DNA from: Spirochaetia bacterium
GTDB lineage: Bacteria; Bacillota; Desulfotomaculia; Desulfotomaculales; JAJYZD01
Assembly: GCA_035530395.1 (NCBI GenBank)
Contig: DATKUX010000074.1
Location: forward strand, 1 to 61,206
DNA: 61,206 nt
Direction of reading: 5' to 3'
Numbering within the stretch: the first letter of the stretch is position 1; each line of letters begins with the position of its first letter. Shown here piece after piece: positions 39,501-47,121 of the stretch. Below the pieces are notes generated by a model. That model saw only the letters and a program-made list of their open reading frames with translations, did not search any database and was not told the DNA's origin. The translations under genes were made by a program, and so were the position numbers.

Positions 39501-40178
39501 ATGGTTAAGCGAATGAAGTACTGGAAAGCAGGACTGGTTATCCTAACAGCGCTTGTGTATTCTCTTGCCGCGTCCGGTCCCTCGCAGGCAACTTCCCTTT
39601 CTACAGTAGAGCAATGGTACTCCACCGTTTACGGTTCGGCGGGGCAGCTCATCCAGACCGGCGCCACAGCGGCGGCATCGCCCACTCAGACCCTACCGAC
39701 TACCAACGGCCCCTCCAACTCCTCCCCGTTACCGGCTACCTCACCTTCCTCAGCCTCCGCCATTTGGTCCGGTTATAGTGCCGGCTACAGCCTCAACGCC
39801 GGTGAGCAGCAATTGCTGAGCCTGGTCAACCAGCAGCGGGTGGCGAATAAACTTCCCGCCTATACCGTCAACCTGAAACTGTCCTACCTGGCCCGGCTCA
39901 GGGCCCAGGACCTGGCTAACCACCAGAACCTTAGCCACTATTCGCCTACGTATGGTACGCCGCCTCAAATGGAACAAACAGCAGGCATCTCTGGCAACCC
40001 GATGGGAGCAGAGAATATCTGTGAAGGCCCCAGCGTGAGCGTAGACAACTCGGCCCTGTTTAACAGTCCTCCCCACCGGGCTAACCTGCTCAATCCCCAG
40101 GAAACCCAAATCGGCCTGGGTGTGGTTCAGAGCTCGAATGGAATCGTGTGGGTAAGCGAGTTGTTCCTGGGCAACTAA
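39501..40178 (+). CDS. secreted CAP/SCP (PR-1-like, YkwD-type) domain protein
   Basis: AAAGGAGG RBS, signal peptide, S/T/P linker, CAP domain (LSLVNQQR...HYSPTYGTP...GAENI...SPPHRANLL...IGLGV). Confidence 0.8.
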   Translation: MVKRMKYWKAGLVILTALVYSLAASGPSQATSLSTVEQWYSTVYGSAGQLIQTGATAAASPTQTLPTTNGPSNSSPLPATSPSSASAIWSGYSAGYSLNAGEQQLLSLVNQQRVANKLPAYTVNLKLSYLARLRAQDLANHQNLSHYSPTYGTPPQMEQTAGISGNPMGAENICEGPSVSVDNSALFNSPPHRANLLNPQETQIGLGVVQSSNGIVWVSELFLGN

Positions 40179-40198
40179 CCAAATAGCGCCGGATGCAA

Positions 40199-40233
40199 GA
40201 CGGCGGGTCCTCTTCAGAGCGCCCGCCGTCTTT
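40199..40233 (+). terminator. rho-independent terminator
   Basis: GACGGCGGG / CCCGCCGTC stem followed by TTT. Confidence 0.6.
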
Positions 40234-40479
40234 GCGTCTGTCAACGACAACCTGCCGTTACGCAGGTTTCAGCCGGCGGGGGAGGAGGGGGTCCGGCGGG
40301 GATCCTCCGCCAGGCAGCGTCCAGATATAACCATGAAGCCTGAATTCTGCAAATAAAGAAATATAGTACCGGACATGCCAGCTGTTTGAGCCTAACGAAA
40401 GTATGTTCGGGAATACGCCGGTTGCCTCATTTTCCATTCCCGGGTTATCATGGCTCTACTTCAACAAAGGAGGTAGTTC

Positions 40480-41394
40480 ATGGTTAAGCGAGTGAGGTAC
40501 TGGAAGGCAGGAATGGTTTTCGTAACGGCACTGGCGTTTTCGATCGGCGCGGCCGCTCCTTCGGGGGCAACTTCCCTTTCTTCAGTAGCGCAATGGTACA
40601 CCACTGTCTACGGGGGGCAATTGATCCAGGTCGGCTCTTCCCCTGCAACAGCATCGCCCACCCAGACCCTACCGGCCTCCACCACCAGCACCGCTACCAG
40701 CACCACCAGCACCACAAGCCCGGCGACCCCTAGCACCACGAGCACCACCATCAGCCCGGCTCCGGCCACCTCAACCTCAGAAGCGAACCTGCTCAGCTAT
40801 TACCTGACCCAATACGAACAGACTGTGGCACCGGTTTCGACACCGGCTCCCGCTCCGGCTCCCGCTCCCGCTCCGGCTCCCGCTCCGGCTCCGGCTCCCG
40901 CTCCGGCTCCCGCTCCGACACCAACTCCGACACCAACACCAACACCAACTCCGACAACGCTTCCGTCGGCCTCCGCTATCTGGTCCGGTTACAGCGCAAA
41001 CTACAGCCTCAACGCCGGTGAGCAGCAATTGCTGAGCCTGGTCAACCAGCAGCGGGTAGCGAACAGTCTTCCCGCCTACACCGTCAACTCGAAACTGTCC
41101 TACCTGGCCCATCTCAGGGCTCAGGACATGGCCAATCACCAGGTGCTTACCCACTATTCGCCTACTTATGGTACGCCGCCTCAAATGGAAGAAACCGCAG
41201 GCATCTATGGGAATCCGATGGGGGCGGAGAATATCTGTGAAGGACCTAGCGTGACCGTAGACAACTCGGCCCTGTTTAACAGTCCTCCCCACCGGGCCAA
41301 CCTGCTCGATCCCCAGGAAACTCAAATCGGCCTGGGTGTGGTTCAGAGCTCGAATGGAATCGTGTGGGTAAGCGAGTTGTTCCTGGGCAACTAA
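40480..41394 (+). CDS. secreted CAP/SCP domain protein, paralogue with expanded (PA)n(TP)n linker
   Basis: About 170 bp of upstream sequence, the signal peptide and the CAP domain nearly duplicate those of 39501-40178. The linker contains ~12 PA and ~6 TP dipeptides. Confidence 0.8.
   Translation: MVKRVRYWKAGMVFVTALAFSIGAAAPSGATSLSSVAQWYTTVYGGQLIQVGSSPATASPTQTLPASTTSTATSTTSTTSPATPSTTSTTISPAPATSTSEANLLSYYLTQYEQTVAPVSTPAPAPAPAPAPAPAPAPAPAPAPAPTPTPTPTPTPTPTTLPSASAIWSGYSANYSLNAGEQQLLSLVNQQRVANSLPAYTVNSKLSYLAHLRAQDMANHQVLTHYSPTYGTPPQMEETAGIYGNPMGAENICEGPSVTVDNSALFNSPPHRANLLDPQETQIGLGVVQSSNGIVWVSELFLGN
40843..40956 (+). repeat. hexanucleotide tandem repeat (CCGGCTCCCGCT... then ACACCAACTCCG...) encoding PA and TP dipeptide runs
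   Basis: Direct reading of 40843-40956. Confidence 0.9.
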
Positions 41395-41418
41395 CCAAAT
41401 AGCACAAGGGACAAGGCG

Positions 41419-41454
41419 ACGGCGGGCCCCTCCGGAGAGGGCCCGCCGTTTTGT
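41419..41454 (+). terminator. rho-independent terminator
   Basis: ACGGCGGGCCC / GGGCCCGCCGT stem followed by TTTGTGTG. Confidence 0.65.
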
Positions 41455-41528
41455 GTGCTCTAATATTTCCGCAGTGGTTTATATTCCTTATAAGCCAACG
41501 GCATCCTGCCGGGTTCCACGGGCTTCAT

Positions 41529-42665
41529 TCACCGCAGGGGCGAACCCGGCCCGCAAGAGTCGTTTTGCCCGTCTGACCGGTTGGATTCCGTTCCACCTCC
41601 TGTACCCGCGGCAGGAGCAGGCCTCCCCAGCTGAGGACGGTAAAACGGTTGGGCCTCCTGACGTTGCCCGGCGGTCGACGACGGCCGGGTGAAGGGTGCC
41701 ATGGACACCGGATAGGGGGAGGCCGGGTACTTAAAACCGGCTGCCGGAGCCCGGGGCAAAGTCGATGCAGGCGCATGCCGCCCGAACAGGGCGGGAGGGA
41801 GTCCCGGCTGGCGGGCCTGGAGATTCACCATGGCTGCCCTGGCCGTTTTCATCGCCGCCTGGTGGGAGCTTGTGGTCACCACCGGGTTGACCGGAGCGGA
41901 CGGAGGGGCCGGAGCGGAATCCTCTCCGAGGTTGAATACCGTTTTAGCGGCGGCGGTCAGCCGGGCTTCCGGGACAACCTGTTTGAGGCGCCGCCAAAAG
42001 ACCTGCACCGTCTCTTCCCGGCTGGTGTCACTTCCTCCTTCGGAACCGGTCCGCTCACCGCTGGAGAGACTGGTTCCCTCGCCGCTAAAATGGCGGGCCA
42101 GACCCTGCTTCAAGCCTGCGGCCCAGTGCTTAACCGCCCCGGGCGGCGCCGGCGGGCATTCAATCAGGACCGCAGGCATACTGGCCGGCAGCGGCCCACG
42201 GGGCGACTCCAGGAAAAGAACCTCCGTGCCGGGCGTCAACCGGACAGCCGAAGATAACTCCTCAGTCAGCAGGGACGCCAGGCGGGTACTGCCGTAATAC
42301 TTCCCGGGCACTATCACCAGGGGCGCGTGCTCTGCGCCGTCGGTCAGCCATAACAATAAATGGCCGCCCAGGGGCAGGGAAGCGCGATGACCGGCCAGAC
42401 GCACCAGGTTGACCCTGGCGGAGGCCGCCATCAGAAGTTCTTGCAGGGCGCCTCCCAGGCTAAGCGAAGTACCCTGTGCTTCGCTTTCCACGATCAAGGC
42501 TACTTGCCGGCCGGTGAAAGGGGAATTGACCAGCAGCACCCCTTCAGCGGAAGACCGGTGGAAGGACTGGCCCAGCTCTCTGGCAACCTGGGCAGCCTTT
42601 TCGATTTGCCCGGCCGGGAGGTGGCAGAGGCCGTCGAGTTCCCATACCACCAGTATTTCGTCCAC
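41529..42665 (-). CDS. hypothetical protein: Amidase_3-like fold apparently lacking zinc ligands + Pro/Ala-rich C-terminal region
   Basis: GTG 42665 after AGGTGA. MPAVLIECPP, YYGSTRLASLL and the LKQGLARHF layout recall N-acetylmuramoyl-L-alanine amidase (CwlD-type), but there is no DPGHGG/His-Glu motif. The tail is low complexity. Confidence 0.35.
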   Translation of the reverse strand: MDEILVVWELDGLCHLPAGQIEKAAQVARELGQSFHRSSAEGVLLVNSPFTGRQVALIVESEAQGTSLSLGGALQELLMAASARVNLVRLAGHRASLPLGGHLLLWLTDGAEHAPLVIVPGKYYGSTRLASLLTEELSSAVRLTPGTEVLFLESPRGPLPASMPAVLIECPPAPPGAVKHWAAGLKQGLARHFSGEGTSLSSGERTGSEGGSDTSREETVQVFWRRLKQVVPEARLTAAAKTVFNLGEDSAPAPPSAPVNPVVTTSSHQAAMKTARAAMVNLQARQPGLPPALFGRHAPASTLPRAPAAGFKYPASPYPVSMAPFTRPSSTAGQRQEAQPFYRPQLGRPAPAAGTGGGTESNRSDGQNDSCGPGSPLR

Positions 42666-42693
42666 AATAATCACCTGCCTGTTCAAGCTGCTA

Positions 42694-42721
42694 TATTCTA
42701 CGCTGGCCGATCGCCTGTTGT
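42694..42721 (-). promoter_or_regulatory. near-consensus SigK-type promoter (AC-N17-CGTAGAATA, one mismatch)
   Basis: Reverse strand: AC (rc of 42720-21), 17-nt spacer, CGTAGAATA (rc of 42694-42702). Lies ~29 nt upstream of GTG 42665. Confidence 0.35.
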
Positions 42722-43009
42722 GCGCCTGGCAACCCGTTAAAACGCCTCTCAAAGCGGGGCATGCGAAACCTGGGGTGCCTTATCCGGCAGAATTTTCGAT
42801 TAAGGGTTAGCTTGACCGAACAAACACAAAGGACGAATTCCTTAGCTGGGGTGTTTAATTTATTTTTGGTATCATTTGCCATACGAGGCAACACTTGTTT
42901 TGACTTTAAGGCCCATACAGGTATACGTTACCAGTTTCGTCATTGTATTCCTTTCCACGGTACTGGGCCCTTTTTTATCTCAGATACCGAAAATTTTACT
43001 GCCGGTTTC

Positions 43010-43037
43010 ACCAAGATAAGGCAATACACATAGAATA
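43010..43037 (+). promoter_or_regulatory. SigK-type promoter (AC-N17-CATAGAATA)
   Basis: AC 43010-11, 17-nt spacer, CATAGAATA 43029-37, then TTCTAGCCCA. Lies 78 nt upstream of ATG 43115. Confidence 0.55.
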
Positions 43038-43114
43038 TTCTAGCCCAGCGGGATTGAAAATATCGAGCTGGTAACAGCTGAAGCGATAGCTGATTAGAGG
43101 AGGTAAAGTTAATC

Positions 43115-43675
43115 ATGCCTGACCCCATTTGCATTGAAGTACCCCAGGTATTAGACTTTTGTTTCCAGACGGAGTCCCAGGACGTGTGTCTCCCTCTCGC
43201 GGCGTTTACCCTCGTGGTACCTACGCTTCTTACTTGCACGGGCAATACCGCTGCCTGCACCCTGACCAGCATAAGCTGTACCGAGGTGTCCCGGACCGCC
43301 ACTACCACCAGCGGTTTCTTTGACGTCACGTTCCTGGTTTCGTACTCGCTCACCATCAATATCGTGAACTCGGCCGGCGTCGTTATCGCCCACTCCACCA
43401 ATACCGCCAGCTTCTTTAAGACCGTCGTCCTCTGCGCGCCTGATGGAGCCATCACGGCTTGCGATATCACCTTCAGCTGCGGCCCCTGCATTTGCATCGA
43501 CGACGTTGTGTGCTGTTCCTTCAACCTGTGCATTGTCATCAAGTCTATATTCCCGGTGGTTCTTTCGGTGGTCGGCACCGTCCTCACCCCGACGCTGTGC
43601 GTCATGCCGAGCCCCTTCCCGCCGGTCTGTCCGCCCATGGTTCCGACCATCTGCAACAACTGCCCGCCGGTGTAG
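43115..43675 (+). CDS. cysteine-rich protein, copy A (186 aa, 18 Cys)
   Basis: RBS AGAGGAGGTAAAG, 7 nt before the ATG. No signal peptide. N-terminal PICIEVPQVLDFCFQ, core ISCTEVSRT...FFDVTFLVSYSLTINIVNSAG, C-terminal CGPCICIDDVVCCSFNLC...TPTLCVMPSPFPPVCPP...CNNCPP. Confidence 0.8.
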   Translation: MPDPICIEVPQVLDFCFQTESQDVCLPLAAFTLVVPTLLTCTGNTAACTLTSISCTEVSRTATTTSGFFDVTFLVSYSLTINIVNSAGVVIAHSTNTASFFKTVVLCAPDGAITACDITFSCGPCICIDDVVCCSFNLCIVIKSIFPVVLSVVGTVLTPTLCVMPSPFPPVCPPMVPTICNNCPPV

Positions 43676-43695
43676 GTTTAATCCGGGGAGGGACA

Positions 43696-43720
43696 GCAGG
43701 CTGCTCACGGGGCAGCCTGC
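43696..43720 (+). promoter_or_regulatory. intercistronic GC stem-loop (GCAGGCTGC/GCAGCCTGC), no U-tract
   Basis: Conserved in position and sequence after all four copies (A-D). Confidence 0.55.
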
Positions 43721-43780
43721 CCCGCTTTCCGGCATGTAGAACCGGCAAGTATGCCTGCATGGATACAGTACTGGATAAAA

Positions 43781-43892
43781 ATGCTTAAGCCTGTCTGGAC
43801 GGGAGGTCCGGGGAAGGGCTCCGGCAGTCGCCATACCCGGCGTAAAGAAAGTTATAATCGCCTGCCCAGGTCGGGCGGAAGTGCAATACGAC
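43781..43892 (+). pseudogene. decayed remnant of the first HMA-like gene, truncated at the tandem-duplication junction
   Basis: ATGCTTAA... aligns to 44577 onward with a ~27-nt deletion (frameshift). It ends at ...GTGCAATACGAC and is joined directly to the AGAGGAGGTAAAGTTAATC RBS of copy B. Confidence 0.7.
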
Positions 43893-43911
43893 AGAGGAGG
43901 TAAAGTTAATC

Positions 43912-44472
43912 ATGCCTGACCAGATTTGCATTGAAGTACCCCAGGTATTAGACTTTTGTTTCCAGACGGAGTCCCAGGACGTGTGTCTCCCTCTCGCGGC
44001 GTTTACCCTCGTGGTGCCGACGCTTCTTACTTGCACCGGCCACACAGCTTCCTGCACGCTGACCAGCATAAGCTGCACCGAGGTATCTCGGACCGCCACC
44101 ACCACCGCCGGTTTCTTTGACGTCACGTTCCTGGTTTCGTACTCGCTCACCATCAATATCGTGAACTCGGCCGGCGTCGTTATCGCCCACTCCACCAATA
44201 CCGCCAGCTTCTTTAAGACCGTCGTCCTCTGCGCGCCTGACGGAGCCAGCACGGCTTGCGATATCACCTTCAGCTGCGGCCCCTGCATTTGCATCGACGA
44301 CGTGGTGTGCTGTTCCTTCAACCTGTGCATTGTCATCAAGTCCATATTCCCGGTGGTTCTTTCGGTTAGCGGCACCGTTCTCACCCCGACGCTGTGCGTC
44401 ATGCCGAGCCCCTTCCCGCCGGTCTGTCCGCCCATGGTTCCGACCATCTGCAACAACTGCCCGCCGGTATAG
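43912..44472 (+). CDS. cysteine-rich protein, copy B (186 aa; 6 substitutions relative to A)
   Basis: Same RBS and architecture as copy A. No promoter of its own, because of the duplication junction. Confidence 0.8.
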   Translation: MPDQICIEVPQVLDFCFQTESQDVCLPLAAFTLVVPTLLTCTGHTASCTLTSISCTEVSRTATTTAGFFDVTFLVSYSLTINIVNSAGVVIAHSTNTASFFKTVVLCAPDGASTACDITFSCGPCICIDDVVCCSFNLCIVIKSIFPVVLSVSGTVLTPTLCVMPSPFPPVCPPMVPTICNNCPPV

Positions 44473-44492
44473 GGCTTAACCGGGGAGGTAGA

Positions 44493-44517
44493 GCAGGCTA
44501 CGCGCTGAGCAGCCTGC
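44493..44517 (+). promoter_or_regulatory. intercistronic GC stem-loop
   Basis: GCAGGCT / AGCCTGC arms, homologous to 43696-43720. Confidence 0.45.
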
Positions 44518-44576
44518 CCCGCTTTCCGGTGTGCTCATCCGGCGATTATGCCTTTAGGAGGTAGTGCTGGATAAAA

Positions 44577-44789
44577 ATGCTTAACACTGTAGCGATCAAT
44601 GTCACCCAGCCCCTGGACGGGAGGACCGGGGAAAGACTCCGGCAGTCGCTCGTTGCCCTGCCCGGCGTAAAGAAAGTAACAATCGCCTACCCAAGCAGGG
44701 TGGAAGTGCAGTACGACGCGGCCGAGACGCGGGCCGGCAGTCTTATGACGGTCATACGGGCTCACGGTTTAAGAACCGGCTTAAAGTGA
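44577..44789 (+). CDS. small HMA-fold (ferredoxin-like beta-alpha-beta-beta-alpha-beta) protein lacking the CxxC metal site, type 1
   Basis: MLNTVAINVTQPLDGRTGERLRQSLVALPGVKKVTIAYPSRVEVQYDAAE...LMTVIRAHGL aligns position by position with the CopZ-type pattern (V.GM.C..C....L..L.GV..V.V......V.V.(F/Y)D......I...I...G), with GMxCxxC replaced by QPLDGRTG. Confidence 0.65.
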   Translation: MLNTVAINVTQPLDGRTGERLRQSLVALPGVKKVTIAYPSRVEVQYDAAETRAGSLMTVIRAHGLRTGLK

Positions 44790-44893
44790 TGCCAGAATAA
44801 GTAGGGGCGGTCGCCTCTATTAAAGCGTCCCCGTGGCAGCAGGACGGGTGGCCCGGTGCTGATCGGGGATACATGGCGAGGGGAGTGACCCAG

Positions 44894-45118
44894 GTGCCCA
44901 CCACGGTTACACTCAAGACAGGGCTGTGGCTCGGCCGGGAGGAAGCGGCCGAGTTAAAGAGCAAACTGGCCAAGCTCAGGTATGTCCTCCAGGTGGATGT
45001 GCCCTTTCCCGACCGGGTGGTAATAACCTACGAAAACGGCAGGTTGGGATTATCCACACTGAAGGCCGCCATCGCCAGCCGGACCGCTGTTCCTGACGTC
45101 AGGGTAACGCGGCGGTGA
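44894..45118 (+). CDS. small HMA-fold-like protein lacking CxxC, type 2
   Basis: GTG 44894 after GAGGGGAG. VPTTVTLKTGLWLGREEAAELKSKLAKLRYVLQVDVPFPDRVVITYENGRLGLSTLKAAI shows the same beta-alpha-beta-beta-alpha pattern. Confidence 0.55.
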   Translation: MPTTVTLKTGLWLGREEAAELKSKLAKLRYVLQVDVPFPDRVVITYENGRLGLSTLKAAIASRTAVPDVRVTRR

Positions 45119-45161
45119 GGAGGACGCAAATAGGGGGGCCGGCGGCCTCCCGGGAATTCCG

Positions 45162-45187
45162 GACCGGCTTTGCGCCGGTCTTTTTTT
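45162..45187 (+). terminator. rho-independent terminator of module B
   Basis: GACCGGC-TTTGC-GCCGGTC followed by T7. Confidence 0.8.
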
Positions 45188-45305
45188 GTTCCTCCGGCCC
45201 GGACGCAGCCGCCGGTTTCACCGGAAAGCCCTGGACGGTAACCTGGTCCACTGTTGCTGACTATCCTATATTATCCGAGACTGGATAAACTTTCCGCAAT
45301 CGTGC

Positions 45306-45333
45306 ACCAGTAAAAGGAAATATACATAAAATA
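45306..45333 (+). promoter_or_regulatory. SigK-type promoter (AC-N17-CATAAAATA)
   Basis: AC 45306-07, 17-nt spacer, CATAAAATA 45325-33, then TTCTAGCCAG. Lies 78 nt upstream of ATG 45411. Confidence 0.5.
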
Positions 45334-45410
45334 TTCTAGCCAGGGGGGAAGGCCTTCAGCAAGCCAGCCCCGATCGGCGGCATCGTAACATGAGGAGGTA
45401 AACAAAAATC

Positions 45411-45995
45411 ATGGCTAATCCCATTTGCATCGAAGTTCCCCAGGTATTAGACTTCTGTTTCCAGGCGGAGACAACGGACATTTGTCTCCCGGTCTTCGGG
45501 TTCGTGCCCATTGCCCCCGCGCTGACCTGCACTTGTGCGACGGGCAACACGGTCGCGTGCAGCGTCGTCGCCGTCAGCTGCACCGAGATCGTTCCGGCAC
45601 CCGGCCGGGTCCCCAGCACCACACCCGGATTCTTTAACGTTACCTTCGCGATTTCCTTCTCCCTCGCCATCACCCTTGTTAGCCCGACCGGCGTCGCTAC
45701 CTGCGCCACCTTCGTGACCTCCAGCCCCTTCACGAAGACCGTCGTGCTGTGCGCACCCGACGGGGCGATCACGGTTTGCGAGGTTACCCCGGCCTGCGGT
45801 CTCGGGATCTGTATCGACGACGTGGTCTGTGTTTCGGTTAACCTGTGTCTGGTTTTCAAATCGGTATTTCCAGTGGTCCTGTCCGTGATCGGCACCGTCC
45901 TCACCCCGACGCTGTGCGTCATGCCGAGCCCCTTCCCGCCGATCTGCCCGCCCCTGCCGCCGACGATCTGTGCTCCCTGCTCGTTGTTGACGTAA
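45411..45995 (+). CDS. cysteine-rich protein, copy C (194 aa, most divergent of the tandem set)
   Basis: RBS GAGGAGGTAAAC. Conserved PICIEVPQVLDFCFQ, KTVVLCAPDGAIT, ICIDDVVC and TPTLCVMPSPFPPICPP. The middle of the protein is diverged. Confidence 0.8.
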   Translation: MANPICIEVPQVLDFCFQAETTDICLPVFGFVPIAPALTCTCATGNTVACSVVAVSCTEIVPAPGRVPSTTPGFFNVTFAISFSLAITLVSPTGVATCATFVTSSPFTKTVVLCAPDGAITVCEVTPACGLGICIDDVVCVSVNLCLVFKSVFPVVLSVIGTVLTPTLCVMPSPFPPICPPLPPTICAPCSLLT

Positions 45996-46004
45996 AGCAG
46001 GGAA

Positions 46005-46039
46005 GCAGAGCAGGCTGCTCCCGGAGCAGCCTGCTCTGC
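46005..46039 (+). promoter_or_regulatory. intercistronic perfect ~15-bp GC stem-loop
   Basis: GCAGAGCAGGCTGCT / AGCAGCCTGCTCTGC. Confidence 0.55.
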
Positions 46040-46092
46040 TCCGCGGCACGAAAATCCGGCAATTATGCCCGTAGGAGGTAGTAGGGATAAAG

Positions 46093-46299
46093 ATGCTTAG
46101 CAAGATAACGGTCAATACCACTGCGGCCCTGCATGGAAAGTCTGGAGAAAGGCTCCGGCGGTCGATCATGACGATGCCGGGCGTGCAGCAGGTAACCATT
46201 ACCTACCCGAAACAGGTGGAAGTGCACTTCGACGGTAGCGAGACGGGGGCCGGCCACCTTATTACGGCCATACGGGCCCTCAGTATGAGGACCGTCTGA
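46093..46299 (+). CDS. HMA-fold protein lacking CxxC, type 1 (module C)
   Basis: MLSKITVNTTAALHGKSGERLRRSIMTMPGVQQVTITYPKQVEVHFD... is a paralogue of 44577-44789. Confidence 0.6.
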   Translation: MLSKITVNTTAALHGKSGERLRRSIMTMPGVQQVTITYPKQVEVHFDGSETGAGHLITAIRALSMRTV

Positions 46300-46408
46300 A
46301 CATGATGCTGGAACAAATAGGGGTCGCTGCCCCTATTTGTTTGCCGGCACGAAAACGAGGAAAGGTCACAGGTACCGATTTCGAACATCGACAGGAGGGA
46401 GTGTGACG

Positions 46409-46630
46409 GTGCCCGTCATCGTCACACTCAAAACCAGTCTATGGCCCGGCGCGGAGGAAGGAGATAACTTTATGGGCATAGTGGTGAGAATTAAGGGCGT
46501 CACCCCGGTTGGGGTACTGCGTCCCGGTCGAATGACCGTATCCTTCGACAACGCTAGGATGGGCTTCTCGCCCCTGGGAAGGGTAGTGAGACGCGGGGTA
46601 GGAACAGGCGCCAATGTACAGCGGAAATGA
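46409..46630 (+). CDS. HMA-fold-like protein lacking CxxC, type 2 (module C)
   Basis: GTG 46409, 8 nt after AGGAGGGA. VPVIVTLKTSLWPGAEEG... is a paralogue of 44894-45118. Confidence 0.5.
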   Translation: MPVIVTLKTSLWPGAEEGDNFMGIVVRIKGVTPVGVLRPGRMTVSFDNARMGFSPLGRVVRRGVGTGANVQRK

Positions 46631-46669
46631 GGAGGACGCAAATAGGGGGCCGGCGGCCCCCGGGATACC

Positions 46670-46699
46670 GGACCGGCTTTAGGCCGGTCCTTTCTTTTT
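46670..46699 (+). terminator. rho-independent terminator of module C
   Basis: GGACCGGC-TTTAG-GCCGGTCC followed by TTTCTTTTT. Confidence 0.8.
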
Positions 46700-47023
46700 G
46701 GCCGCACAACCTGCCGGTTCGCGCTCCTATATCTTACCCGGAAGGATGCCTCTTTGGCATTGGCACCGCAGGGACAAGCTGACCGGCGTTGATCCATAGA
46801 ATATTGCGCTGTAGTCCCGACTAATTACTCCAAATCCAGAATCGTGCCTATTGATTGTGATCCTATGTTTAAACCAGGTAGTCCTAGTAAACGGTATTAT
46901 AGACAATAAATGTTAGTATGCCGGGAAACCCCAACCAAAAGACGGAGCGGCATCTATTTTTTGTTAAAACGCGGAATATGCCTCCCTAAAGCAGAAAACT
47001 TTGTGCCGGTTTCACCAATATAA

Positions 47024-47051
47024 GGCAATACACATAGGATATTTCAGCCCA
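47024..47051 (+). promoter_or_regulatory. SigK-type promoter (AC-N17-CATAGGATA)
   Basis: AC 47024-25, 17-nt spacer, CATAGGATA 47043-51. The surrounding GCCGGTTTCACCAAnATAAGGCAATACACATAG is conserved with the copy-A promoter. Confidence 0.55.
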
Positions 47052-47121
47052 CTGGAGTTGGAGCTTTAATCGAACCGGCAATGACCGGCTTAGTCACTCA
47101 AAAGAGGAGGTAAAGTTTACC

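Noticed and set aside
40843-40956. Short regularly spaced repeats, considered as a possible CRISPR array
   Set aside because: The repeat unit is 6-12 nt with no spacers. It lies in frame inside a CDS and encodes PA/TP dipeptides.
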